From Bilabrum cf. latius (Eukaryota): a stretch of DNA of 64,000 nucleotides. Both the position numbers and the translations under genes were made by a program. The notes under the pieces were generated by a model. That model made no database searches. It saw only the letters and a list, made by a program, of their open reading frames with translations, and was not told where the DNA came from. Within the stretch, counting starts at the first letter, position 1. Each line of letters starts with the position of its first letter. The DNA lies in the NCBI GenBank assembly GCA_965178125.1, contig OZ237755.1, positions 434,001-498,000 of the forward strand. The letters run 5' to 3'. This document shows, piece after piece, positions 14,438 through 25,898 of the stretch.

Positions 14438-15068
14438 CTGCAGAGGAGCTGCTCACCTCCCTGGCCGCCTGCGCAGTTGACATGGCCTTGCTTCCATCGC
14501 CCCCTCCCTTGCGCTGCACCTCGGGGTGAAGGTCGTTGACGTGGGAGTGTGGGGCGTTGAAGTCACCGAGCAACACCACCTCGTTCCCCGCCAGCTTCTC
14601 CCGAGCAACTGCCTTTCGCAGCAAGGCAAAAAATTCCAGCTTCGCTTCTAGGCGTGGCCGGCCCGACTGCCGCTCACCGCTGTTCGGGGCGTATACGTTT
14701 AGTACTGACAGTCCAGATGAATTCAAATGCGACGGTAGGTTGCACCTAACGATCACGCAACGCCCCTCTCGATCTAGCTCGTGTTGCAGAGGCGCACCGT
14801 CACCTGACGTTGCCACGATTACCCCACGCCGCACGAATGTAGCGACCCCATTCATGCCTTTTTTTGCCAGTGAAAATGACCAGAATGAGTCCCATCCATC
14901 AGGACACGCTACATCCTCAGGTACATCATTTTGAGACGCTTTGGTCTCTTGCAACGCAACTATGTCGGCATTCGTGGCATCAAGCCAGGCCTTGAAGCTG
15001 CCAAAATGCTTCGTCATCAATGGCAGCAACGACATCAGGCTAGCTACATTCCATGACAAGATTCTCAT
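13224..15068 (-). CDS. Exonuclease III / AP endonuclease (EEP family), ~614 aa
   Basis: Motifs MRILSWNVASL, ADIVALQETK, GMNGVATF, EGRCVIV, LNVYAPN, VLLGDFNAPH, FVDCWR, YTVWSWR, GLRIDFMMVS, WSDHV. The two ORF halves are joined across in-frame TAGs at 14262 and 14160. TGA stop at 13224. Confidence 0.92.
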
Positions 15069-15206
15069 CTGCTTGGCTGTCCTGTTTGCTTGTTCATGAC
15101 GGACCGTGAATTCAAAAAGGACGAGACCGGAAGTGAATCTTGCGACGGGATCCTAGTGAGTTACCTGTATGCAATAGGCACCTGTTCGAAACTCCATCGA
15201 GCTTGC

Positions 15207-15271
15207 TTGAACTTCTTGCTTCGGATCGGGCCGTTTGCGCCAAGGTCTTTGAGCTTCTTGCTTCGGATCGG
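15207..15271. repeat. 23-bp direct repeat TTGARCTTCTTGCTTCGGATCGG in a divergent intergenic region
   Basis: Copies at 15207-15229 and 15249-15271, one mismatch, 42-bp period, between the APE ATG (15068, -) and the EGF-GH ATG (15288, +). Confidence 0.85.
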
Positions 15272-15287
15272 ATCCCTAGTGTGCAGT

Positions 15288-16652
15288 ATGAACGGGCTAG
15301 CAAGTCACGTTATCATGATCACCGCAGGCGCAGTTGCAGCCAGCGACTCGAGTACACGCATGTGTTCTTTGAATGGCATCTGGAATCCAAAGGATGGAGC
15401 ATGCTAGTGTGACCCAGGCTGGAAGGGAGGCTCCTGCGCTGAACTCGATCTTGCGCCGGTCCGTGCCAACAGAATGGGCTTAGCGAATGCAAGCAACCCT
15501 ACGTGGGGCGGAACTGCTATATTTGAAGGTAACCGCTGGCACTTAGTTGTCGGGGCCCGAGCTGTGGACACGGGTTCCTACACGAGCGAGAACTATCCGT
15601 GCGACTCCAAAATCGTAAGGGCCCAGACAAATGGCACTGACCCCACGGGACCATGGAGCATTGTGGAAGATATTATACCTCGAGTGAGCTGGGAGCCTGC
15701 CATAGTGAGGGCGCCACGCAAGGCCTTGTTCCGAGCTGGCAGCAATGCGACCAGCGGTCGAGAGCTCCATCCGGACCACAAGGATGACCCGCTGGTGATG
15801 CTCTTCTTCGGCAACCAAAGCTTTAATAAGCCGGAAGTAGGGGCACCGATCTGCTCCATCAATTCCGCGTATCTCACGAACATGACCATGTACTGGACCA
15901 CTAGCCCGAGCGGGAGCGTCGCAGGCCCATGGGCCGCTCCCCGGGAGGTGCGCGGCATGGAGAACAAACTCAACAAGACGGTGCGGATCGCAGGCCGGGG
16001 CACTGTGCTCAAGGAGCCGTGCGCTTGGTACTGCTCCAACGGTAACCCAGGACCTGCATACCACCCGAACGGCACCCTTTTCGCAATCATGCGCTCCGAC
16101 ACATGCGATCAAGCTTGCCAGCAAGGGGAGCACCTGTCGCTGTGGAGAGCTGACGATGGTCCTGGGGGAGAGTGGGTCCTGGTCACTCCGGAGCCTCTGT
16201 TTGGGTGGGGCAATGCCTCCAGCACCACATGCAATGCATCCATAAACTACAATCGCTGCTACCGCAATGAAGATCCTCACCTCTGGATCGACGAGAGGGG
16301 ATGGCACGTGCTCTCCCACAACCAGAATTCCAAGGCATTCGACCAGCGCGGTGGGTACGGCTGGTCCTTGGATGGACTGGAATGGACCTTCGAGACGATG
16401 CTGCTCGCGGATCCGAACGTGTCGGCCTGGGACATCAACGTGCAGCTCTCCAACGGCACTGTGCTTCCTACGGGGCGCCGGCAGCGACCCTCGCTCCTTC
16501 GTGACCCGAACACCGGAAAACCAACCCACCTCATCAACGGCGCAGACCTGCTCAACCGCACCCAGCATGGTGATCCGCCCCCACCGTGGTGCGAGTCGTG
16601 CCACTGGGGAACTGGCATCACCCTGATCCAGCCACTGAGGACTGGCAGCTGA
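15288..16652 (+). CDS. Secreted EGF-like domain + five-bladed beta-propeller glycoside-hydrolase-like protein (GH43/62/32/68/117/130 clan-like), ~454 aa
   Basis: Signal-peptide-like MNGLASHVIMITAGAVAA. EGF-like CSLNG...C[TAG]CDPGWKGGSC with TAG at 15405-15407. Propeller-type motifs WGGTAI, WEPAIV, NPGPAYHPNGT, EDPHLWID, RRQRPSL, PTHLINGA. TGA stop. Confidence 0.7.
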
Positions 16653-16755
16653 CTTGGCATTAGATTATTGTAGCACGTTCGGTTCGTGTAGCTTGAGCAT
16701 GGCAAGAGGTTGTACCCCTGCAATTGATTGTCAAACATACAACAATTACAATGTT

Positions 16756-19700
16756 TCAATCACCCGCAAGAAGATCCGCACCGCGGGACTGCGGCCCAGG
16801 CGCGGGAGCCGGGACAGTCCTACCGGGCACGCGACTGTTCGGGAGAACTGCACCCGCCCTTGGCCCTCGCTGCAGTTGCTATGCACCCGATGGATCGCTC
16901 GCTGACACGGCAGTCATACCCGGCACACTCCGCAGCACGAATGTCTTCCGGCCCTTGCCTTCCTCGGGTTGCTCGGCGCTCTACTGCAAGCCGCCCTGTA
17001 GGTGCTTGCCCATGGCCTGAGCCGCTGCCCGTGACCTGAGCCCAAGCTGCGACACCGCCCGATGGGACGGAGATCCCGACCCACCTGCTCTGGCGAAGCT
17101 GCCTTGCGTATGTCTCTCGTGTGCAATGCGGCCATGCAACAGCCCCAGGCGGCCCGCGTCTTCCGCCGCGGCGTTGTGGCCCGCCTGTCCTGGAGGCGGC
17201 AAGACTGCCGTCCCGCGTGCCGCCGCCACTGCACGAGCGGCACTAGCCTCTGCCGATCGCATAGTGGCATTCTGCGACGAAACGCGCGGCTGGGTGCCTG
17301 CCATCAGGCTGGCAGCAGCTGCAGCACCCGCGAGCCGGGCACCTCCGCTGTCGGAACGGTGGTAATTCCTTTGTGCGTCAAAGTGACCGCTCACCACCCC
17401 AGCCCCAGCTGCACCGTCTGGGTGCGTCATGTCCGCACCGACGAAATACGAGCCAGAGCTGGGCGAGTTGCTCTGGCTGTGCCGGCCAACCCTGCTGTTT
17501 GCGGCTCTCGGAGACCCCGGTTGGCTCGCCCTCTCTCGAGCGCTGGCGGCGCCAGGCCCAAACCCGTGAGGGTCAAGCTCGATCCCGAGCTGCGCTGCCA
17601 TTGCCACCTCCGTGCGGACCCGCGCCGCCACACCGGACGCGCCGACAGGACCGTGCTGCAGCGATGCGCTTGCGTACGCAGGGCGGGTAGGCACATGGCT
17701 CTGCTCGGCGAGCTGATTCACGGCCAGCTAAGAGCTGGTCTGGCTCGCCAGCTGAGCATTCTACCGGATGGTGATACTCTACGATTTGGCGAGTGCTGCC
17801 CTAAGCACCTCGGCAGGGAATGTCCCGTCTGTGGTGAGCAGGTTAGCACCGGGAATTGTGGGCGGCTTCCGGCGAGGCGCCTTGCGGGTATTGGCAAGCT
17901 GGCTGCTGGTCTCCTCGTCGTCGTTGGCATCTTTAGACTTTCTGCGAGGCGCCTTGCGGGTATTGGCAAGCTGGCTGCTGGTCTCCTCGTCGTCGTTGGC
18001 ATCTTCAGACTTCGGGTCGGTTGGCACATCGTCCTGCTTGCTGGCTGCAGGGCTGCTCGGCCGGTCAGCATCGTCGACTTGCGATCCTTTGTCTGCATCG
18101 GCACCTTGGGACTTATCCGCGCCCTTGTCCGTCGGTTCGGCCTCCTCCTTGGACTCGGTCGCGGGGCTCCCTTGCCTGATGATCTCCAGGAGCTTTGAGG
18201 GACGCCTGCGCATCCACGCCTACGGAGAGCCGCTGGACCGGGACCGTGGGGTACTGCTGCTGCTGCTGCTCCTCGATTCCTTGGCGTTCTTGCCTGGCTT
18301 GCTGGCGTCTTGCACCGATTGCTGTGCAGCGACACGCATCGCGACATCTCCAAGGGACCCGAACGCGCCTTGCTTTTGAAGCGCGGTGATCTTCTTCATG
18401 GCGCCGTGCAGCTGCGTCACGCTCTTCTTCCTCTTGATAAGCTTCCCCGAGTCGTTTGCCACCAGCCGGACCTTCTTGAGCAGCGACTTGCGCCTCCTCA
18501 ACCTGCCTCTCGGGCTCTGGCCTCCCTCCGTCCCGTCCGCTGTGCCCACGGACTCACCCGCGTCGCTCGTGCCGCTGAAGCTGCCAGTGGATGCCAGGGA
18601 GACGCCAGTATCCGCCCGGCCACGCCTGCTCTCTACGCGCGGCAACGGCGTGACCACGTCTTCGGCCTGGCCGGTGCTGCCACCAGGCGTCCCCGGCCCG
18701 CTGTTGCCCCCGGGCCCCCCGCACTCCTGTTGAATGTCGGGGCTGGACCTCGTGGACAGCGACACCTCCACTTGGATGGCGCCGAGCTCTGCGTCTGTGG
18801 GCATTGTGCCCGTGCTGACTGGGGCGGGGCGGGGCCTGGGCGGCGGCTGCTACTGCGGTTGCTTTGCGTTGACCGCGTCCCGTGCTTCCGGCTCGCGACC
18901 GTCAGGAGCGTCGACCGGGTCCGCAGTGGAATGCAGTGGCTCTGGGGTCGGCTTGGGCTGGATCCCCGGCGGTGGAGCGGGGCCACCATCAGGGCTGCCG
19001 GTAGCTTCGCCCAGATCCGGCTGCTGCGTACTGCGCTGAGGCGTCGCTTTGGAGCCGACCTCTCGATGGGCCAGCAAAGCTTGGTCGGACGCTACCGGCG
19101 TCGGCCGCGTGGTTGTACCCGGAGGCTGGCCCGCGCCTTCGCTGTCCTAGCCCAAGCCTCGACCGCTTGCACCCGCACCGCTGTCACCTCTGGGGCTCAT
19201 GTTCCTCCGCAGCCGCATGGCCTGGGAGCGAGCCTTGAGCAGCAGCGCATCGGCGGCTGCCTTGGCCGTTTCAAGCTCCGCAGCCCCCTCGTCCTCGACC
19301 TGGTCCTGCTCTCTTTGCTCGTGCTGCTGCTCCTAGCCTTCCTCTCCAACACCTGATGGAGCAACTGCCGCAGCGCGAGTCCCGTCTCTCTGCCGGCCGT
19401 CTCGCGCTGGGTCGACAATCTTTCCACCGGATTCTCTGGGGGCTGGTGCTGCCGCCCGTGGGGGATTTCCATTTCCAGTGCGAGGTGAGGCCGTGCGCTT
19501 GGACGATGGCGACTCCTTCTGTCGGTGCTCTCGCTCCTCCTCCAGGTCACGCCGCAGCGCCACAGACTCGCCCCGCGCGTCAGCCGCACTAGTTGCCGCC
19601 CGCTCTAGCCGCTCCCTGAGTCCGTCCGCCTCCCTTCTGGCCACGTCCCTCTCTAGCCTCGCGTCCTTGGCGTCTGCCCTGGCCGCGTCCAGCTCTTGCT

Positions 19701-20895
19701 TGCACCTCGACAGCTCCGTCTTGAGCCTGTCCACCACCTGCCTGGAGAGCTGCTTGACTCGCTCGAGCAGGCCGGCATCAACCTGCTGCTGCTGCTGCTG
19801 CTGCTGCCGCTGCGGCCCTCCGTCCTCGCTGCTGGTCTGGTCCGTCGTTCTCCCTTCCTCGCGTGCCTGCTGCAGCTGCTGCCTGGTATCGGACAGGTCT
19901 GCTTCCAGATCCGCGGTCCTGCTTTTCGCTTCTTCCAGGGCTCGCTGCAGGGATTTTGAAGCCTCCTGGCGGTCGTCCCTGTCTCGCCGTGCCCGGTCGG
20001 CCCGCGCCTCCAGACGATCGCAATCCGCCTGTAGGGCACTCGATCGGTCCCGCTCGAGCTCCAACGCTCGCCTTAATCGTCGTAGCTCCAATGCATCCCC
20101 GGCGTACCCGTGGGGGGCACCGCTCGCGGATGGAAGGCCGTCGCTGGCTTCCGTGCCAGCGCGTGGCATGGCACGACCAGCGGTCGCTTTCGCTTCCAAC
20201 TCCTGGATTTTCTGCGTAAGCGAGAGGAGGCGTGACGATATAGATTGAGTGGAGCTGAGTAGTATGGAAATCCGTATCACGGCGCCAAGCATTGCATTGC
20301 TCACGGATTGCATAGATGCGTATTCACGCTTGCTCTCCTCGACGAGCCTGCGCAGCTGCATCTTTGCTTGCTTCAGCTGTTTCCGCAGCCGATGTACTTC
20401 CTGCTTGTGTCTAGGAGCAGCTGTGTCACTTTGCTCCAGACCATGCGAAGTTGTTGCGCTCGTATGTCCATGGGTGACACTGTCTCGATCCGCGGACGGC
20501 CGTTGACCAGCAACGCGAGAACTTGCTTGTGGCGAAACACGACTTGATGCTGGACCCAGATGGCCCCTATCTACTGGACCTTCTACTGATGATGCTGCTC
20601 CTGCTCGCCCAGCTCGACTAAACGGCCCCCGTGAGCCAGTAAGCTAGTCTAGGGAAGGCATTGGATTTGCTGCTTGGCCTTTCCGTTCGCCAGCTCCGGA
20701 ATGCACAGAGTCTGATGAAGGCCCCGATCCAACCACCCTTCCCCGCAAACTACTTTCAGCAGAACTCCCGCGAATAGGGAGCTCCAGCTTCCCAATTGCC
20801 AAGGAAACATGATCCTGTGCAGCTTCCGCGATGAGCTTGTCCAGGGTATCAAGCTCGGTAGAATGCTGCGTTTTGATGGATTCTGCTCTCTACAT
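16756..20895 (-). CDS. Hypothetical coiled-coil/low-complexity protein (~1380 aa)
   Basis: Fragments ending 19333, 18850, 18220, 17779 and 16981 are in one frame and joined by TAG. Heptad-rich E/R/Q/L region at about 19500-20400. First TGA at 16756-16758. The start is uncertain: ATG 20895 (followed by TAG) or ATG ~20994. Confidence 0.7.
17872..18012 (-). repeat. Intragenic 72-bp tandem duplication (24-aa unit KS[E/K]DANDDEETSSQLANTRKAPRR)
   Basis: Two near-identical copies starting at 17872 and 17944. Confidence 0.93.
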
Positions 20896-21084
20896 AGTGT
20901 GATTAAGGATATGCAAAACCACTGAGCAAGGAAGGCGCTCAGCGTGGTTGTATATGCAGGGTGCCTTCTTCGACTCATGTAATTCATATTTCATCGCACT
21001 GTGGTGGGTTGTTAACACCTTACAACAATTCTGGCGCTTGCAACTTTTTTATCGTCCGCTGCAGTTACGCCTTCCAGATTAACT

Positions 21085-22778
21085 ATGGACCTTGATGAAA
21101 AATGTAGTAAGCGTATTATATACTCGAAGTCTAAGCGGAGTTAATGGAGTTGAATGCCTAGATTAGCGTGAGGCTGATCCTATCTTACTTCATCGCAGAT
21201 GAGAGGGATGTCGAGGCAGTAATGAAGAAGCTTAAGCAGCACTAGGCAAATAAGGTAAGATATGAATTCTATTTTACCGGTCATTCCCACGTGAGGCCTT
21301 CGTCCTGGAACCATGATTTCACCGGAACGTTCCTGAACTGTCTTCGCTGCGCAGACGTGCTTCGATTGCCCGGCCCGCAACCCAATCTGGGCCTCTGCAA
21401 CGTTTGGGGTATTTGTTTGTCTGGAATGCTCCGGATACCACCGTCGAATGGGTTCGCACATCTCATTTGTTCGCTCCACTGGGCTCGACAAGTGGAAGCG
21501 GAAGCACCTCATGACTATGTGCGTCGGAGGAAATGCGAACGCGAGAGACTTTTTCAAGGCGAAAGGCTTTGGAGACCTTAATTCGAAAGTGAGAGCCTAA
21601 TCCAAGCGCCACGCGTTAGATCTTGCCTAGGCACGGGCGCGTGCCTGCCTCCGGCATTGCTACAACCGAGCTCTCGCAAGCCTCCAAACCAGAAAAGCTC
21701 GCAGATTTAGACAAAGTACACTTCAAGAGTGGCTCAAATGTACAAACGTGAGATTGACGCAGCCGTCGCAAACGCTGCGGCAGCCGGCAAAGGACCTCTG
21801 GACCTGATCCGTCCCGCGGAGGCGAGCAAGTACGCAGCTGGCGCTGCCGCAGTCGCGAGCCAGAGGGGCGGGGCCTCTCTATCCATCGCAGCGGGCAGGG
21901 GAGGTTCAACCGCAGCCGCTGCAGGCAGCGATAGTCGCGCGTCGAGCCAGGGGGGCGACGGCGGCACGTCCTCCCCAGCTCCGCTGCTGTCTGCCTTTGG
22001 AGACGTGGGTGTCATGAGGGCCCAGATGGCCTAGGAAGCTGCCCGCAAACAGGCAGAGGCGCAGGCATCGGCGCCCAGGCTCGTCACGTCGGGGAACAAC
22101 GGCAGCTCCGCTGCGGGGGGGTCCTCCGGAGCCGCAGCGGATCCTGGCCGCGGGATCCTGTCGATGGCCGGAGCTGGTGCAGGGGCAGGGGCAGCTCCCT
22201 CCAGCAGCTCCGGGTTGGTCGGGGCGGGGGGGCTCTACCGCGCTTCGAACTCGAAGGGGACTGCTGCGCCAGCGCCCGCTCCTGCACCTGCGCCAGCCGC
22301 CAAGGCTGGTGGGGGCGGGGACGGAGGAGGAGGAGGCTGGGACGATGACTTTGGCGCTGACTTGGAGGTGGAGGCAGCCAAGGTGGCCAAATCGGCACCA
22401 AAGCGGGCGCCTGCCCCTGCTCCAGCGGCTGCTTCCGGCAGCCTGTACAGACCGTCAGTGGCCGGCGGCAGCATCGTCTCTTCCCCTGGTCGATCCGGCC
22501 GACGACCGGCGCCGGCAGCCGACAAGCACAACTCCGAGATGGCGGCACCCAAGGCGGCGGGCCGTGCCGGCTTCGGGGCCTTTGGTAGCATCGGGGGCAT
22601 CGGGGCCGCGAGCATCGGAACGGGCACTGGGGCTGCGAGCAAGTTCACGACAGGGAAGAAGGTCGTGAGCACTGCCGGCGTGGGTTCCCGAGTCACTGGA
22701 GGCGGCGGTGGGTCGAGCAGTGGAGGTGCTGGGGGGGGCAGCAGCGACGATTTCTTCGCGAGCATGGGCGTGATGTGA
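21085..22778 (+). CDS. ADP-ribosylation factor GTPase-activating protein (ArfGAP2/3, Glo3-like), ~461 aa
   Basis: Exons 21085-21106, 21199-21254, 21355-21588, 21705-22778. Zinc finger CFDC-x16-CLEC-x4-R, plus HISFVRSTGLDKW, GGNANARDFF and KYTSRVAQMYK. In-frame TAG at 21243, 21708 and 22032. TGA stop. The N-terminal domain is missing from the ORF track. Confidence 0.9.
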
Positions 22779-22989
22779 AGTCAGGAGGGGTTGCAACCGC
22801 CAAGGCTGGAGGGGTCCTGGATCCGGGAAGGGGTTGCAAGCAAAACCCAGTCGGATCGATCCGTGTGTCAACAAGTCTATGTGTACCGTTCTTTTGACAG
22901 TAGCCGTGCTAATATCCAGATGCAGGTTGTACCGTTGGTCAAACAAACAAACAAACAGTGGCGGCACAGGGCACTGCTCGCCCCTCTCG

Positions 22990-25729
22990 TCAGGTGGTGA
23001 CCCTCTCAGTTCCCTCGCCCCCCTCGCCCCCCCAGCCTGAAGGGAAGTCCCCTCCTAGACCTTTCCTCGCTGCTGCCACCAGACTGTCGAGGCGGGTGCC
23101 GGTGCCACCGCCGCTACCGCTTGTCACGTCGCTTCGCTGGGCAGCGCCATCGGGTGCAGCCGCTGCTGCGGCAGCCTGCCGGCGTACTCCCGCCGCTTTA
23201 CCGCCCTTGCCGCCCTGGCCGATGCGCTGAGACTTCTTTCCCTTTCGCCCGCCGACTGGAGACCCGGCGGCTGACCTCTCTGAGACAGGGTCTTTCATCG
23301 CCCGGTCGAATGCGTCCTCGCCGGAGGGCACACGGGACACACCAGCCGTCCCCAGCTCTGACCAGTTGGATTGGGCAGCCCCCTCATGCTGGGCTGCCGC
23401 ACCGCCGCCCAGCGGAGCAGACTCTGGGACTCGCTCGAAGGCGTCGTGGCCCTGAGAGCGCGCCAGCTCGGACAGCTGCTCGTTGCTCACGTCCGCGCCT
23501 CGACCTTCGGCGACTTTCTGCTCCGATGATCCCATGCCGAGCAGATTATCGTAGATGTCATCCTCCTGCCCATCATCCCCGCCAAGGCCGTCGAATTCGT
23601 TTGTTGCGATCCCGAAGGCGCCGGGGTCAGCCCGCTCTTGCGCCTTGTCCTCTCCTCCTCCGATGCGAGCATGACCCGCGGCTCGACGGGCCTCGTGACC
23701 CGCGGCTTGCTCCTCCCGCAATTCCTGCTCGCGAAGCAGGGCGATGATGTCGGTCTCCTGCTGCGGCAACACGGCTCCAAGCCTGGTGTAGTGCGAGGGC
23801 GTCTTGTTGTTGCTGTCTAATGCGCTCGTTGGGAAGCCGAACTCGAGCAGCTGCTTCACCCCCTCCACCGACTTTGCCATGCAAGCACGATGCAGCAACC
23901 CCACCGAGGCAGTTGGGATGCTTCCAGAGCCGAGCCTGTACTGCTGCCGGTGCGATTTCAGAGCGTTGAGCATACCGTGATTCACGGCGCGCGTCATGGC
24001 CTCGAACACGCCAACCCCGCTGGGACGGATGCACTTCCGGTTTACCTCGTCCACGAGCGAGTGGAAGGTCTTGCACCAGCGGAACGCGCGCATGCGATCG
24101 GTGCGAGACCTGGTGTGCGAATCCGATCCTGCGCCCGAAGCAGCGCGTACCTGCTCGTCGGCGGAAGCAGCAGCACTGCCGGCTGCAGATGCACCTGCTG
24201 CTACACCGCTGGCAGCAGCACCTGCTGCAGCGGCAAATCCGTCTGGCCCCCAGTGCGGCACCCCGGCCAAATCCACCCAGAACCGGGGCTGCTCCCCTCT
24301 GTCCCGCATCCAGTCCTGGTGCTGCCGCATGGCTGCAAGGTCTGCAGGCTTGCTCAGCGCGACCAGCGTTGTAAACGCCGCGGGAAGATTCGCCTCAGGT
24401 GCCACGTCAGTGCTTTCCTTCTCCTACATCTCCTTGGTCATCAGAAGGGTCTTAAGGCTGGCAGCGTGCTCAGCCCTAAGCCTTTTGGTATGCTCGTCGT
24501 GGCCAGCCTATGAAAGCACGGCGAGTTTCTTGGCCCCTGCGATCATTAGGAGGGCTGCAGGGGCCCAACGACCGAACTAGATGGCCAGGTGGAAGCACGA
24601 CAGGCCATCGTTGGAGCGGACGGCATCTGGGTCGGCGCCCAGGCGCAGCGCACGGCCGCATGAGGTCAGTGGTAGTTCCTTGCTCTCATTCATGATCATG
24701 AGCGCGGTTGCCCCTGCGTGCAGGTTGGGCTCATCGATGTTGGCCCCCTTCGCGAGCATCGCCTCCACGATCTCAAAGTGCTCCTGGTAGCACATCCGGA
24801 GGATGAGAGGCTCTGCCTGGTCGGGCTTGCGCGGGGGCTCGTAGAACACAGAGTGCTCGGCGCCTTTCTCCATGAGTGCGAGCACCAACCGAGTGAGTGG
24901 TCCACCAGAGCGCACGCAAGCAGCGATTAGCGCGGTGTGATTTATCTGCGGTTCTCAAATGGTGCTACAACCAGTCGGGCAGAATGGGCGCTGATAGTAA
25001 AGGGTGGATCTCGCTCGCAACAAGAAAATTCCAAGACACGGAACCAACTCACCCTTCCAAAGACGTTCGGGTTGGCCCCTGCATTCAATAATAGCATACC
25101 ACATTCCTCGCTCCCGTTTACGCAGCATTGGTACAAAGGCGTCCACCCGTTCTGCGAAGAGTGCCGAGTGTCCAGAGACCTGCCATTTCATCACGTCACG
25201 AATCGGTGGGAATGAGGAGCAGCCGTGCTCCAATCAATTTAATACGTTACTCACGCCCATAGCTATGTTTGGATCAGCATCGTGCTCAAGGAGCATCTTT
25301 AGGATCGAAGCGTCCTTCCTAGCAGCCGCCAAGAACAGCGACGTTTGGCCAGCCTGCGGTTAGAATAGCCAGGATTTCCAGAGCATAGCTGCACCATATC
25401 GCACATATTAGCACCATGGCGCACTAGGACCTCACTCGGTTCGTTGAATTGACGCTGGAGCCGGCTTCAACTAGCTGCTGTGCAACCTTGAGCTTGCCCT
25501 CGCGGCACGCAAGGATAAGAGGCGTGTTCCAAAACGAGTCTCTGGCGTAAACGAGTTCTATATTCTGTCTAAGGAGCCGCGTCAGCGTAGCTTCGAGCCC
25601 TTGACGCCCCGCCGCAAGGATCTCGACGTCGTCACCATCCAGCTTTCGCTTCTCTGCTTTGTGCAAAATCATCGCGGCAGCGCGGAAGCCAGCACCTTTA
25701 CAAGGCATGCTGACGGCAACCTGCGCCAT
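22990..25729 (-). CDS. Ankyrin-repeat protein, ~815 aa
   Basis: Exons 25729-25436, 25353-25255, 25151-25053, 24945-22990, all with GTGAG...CGCAG introns. Ankyrin motifs WNTPLILAC, GQTSLFLAA, GWTPLYQCC, GATALMIM, GLSCFHLAI, NNKTPSHY. Three in-frame TAG. TGA stop. Confidence 0.85.
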
Positions 25730-25898
25730 GGTGCGCCTAGAAATTGCACAGCGAGTACGAAAGCTGCCGCGGCCCGCGGTGTGTTCGACGACGCGAACGT
25801 TCGGTTTTAGGTTCGTTGACCGCAGGCTTGCGACCACCGAGACCGTGCCGTATGCTCACTTCTCGAAATTCCCAAGTGGACACAACCGCGACGAAAAC

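Noticed and set aside
15207-15271. CRISPR-like repeat-spacer
   Set aside because: Only two copies, a 19-bp spacer, eukaryotic context and no cas genes.
15543-19356. Long antisense or alternative-frame ORFs (e.g. 15543-16604 -, 17062-18198 +, 18310-19356 +; also 41638-42546 +, 54573-55409 +, 62373-63203 +)
   Set aside because: These are shadow ORFs expected opposite GC-rich coding sequence. They have no recognisable motifs and are fully overlapped by better-supported genes.
20896-21193. Extra upstream exons for the minus-strand coiled-coil gene (ATG at 21193, GTAAG donors)
   Set aside because: They would overlap the well-supported first exons of the plus-strand ArfGAP gene and need non-YGCAG acceptors.
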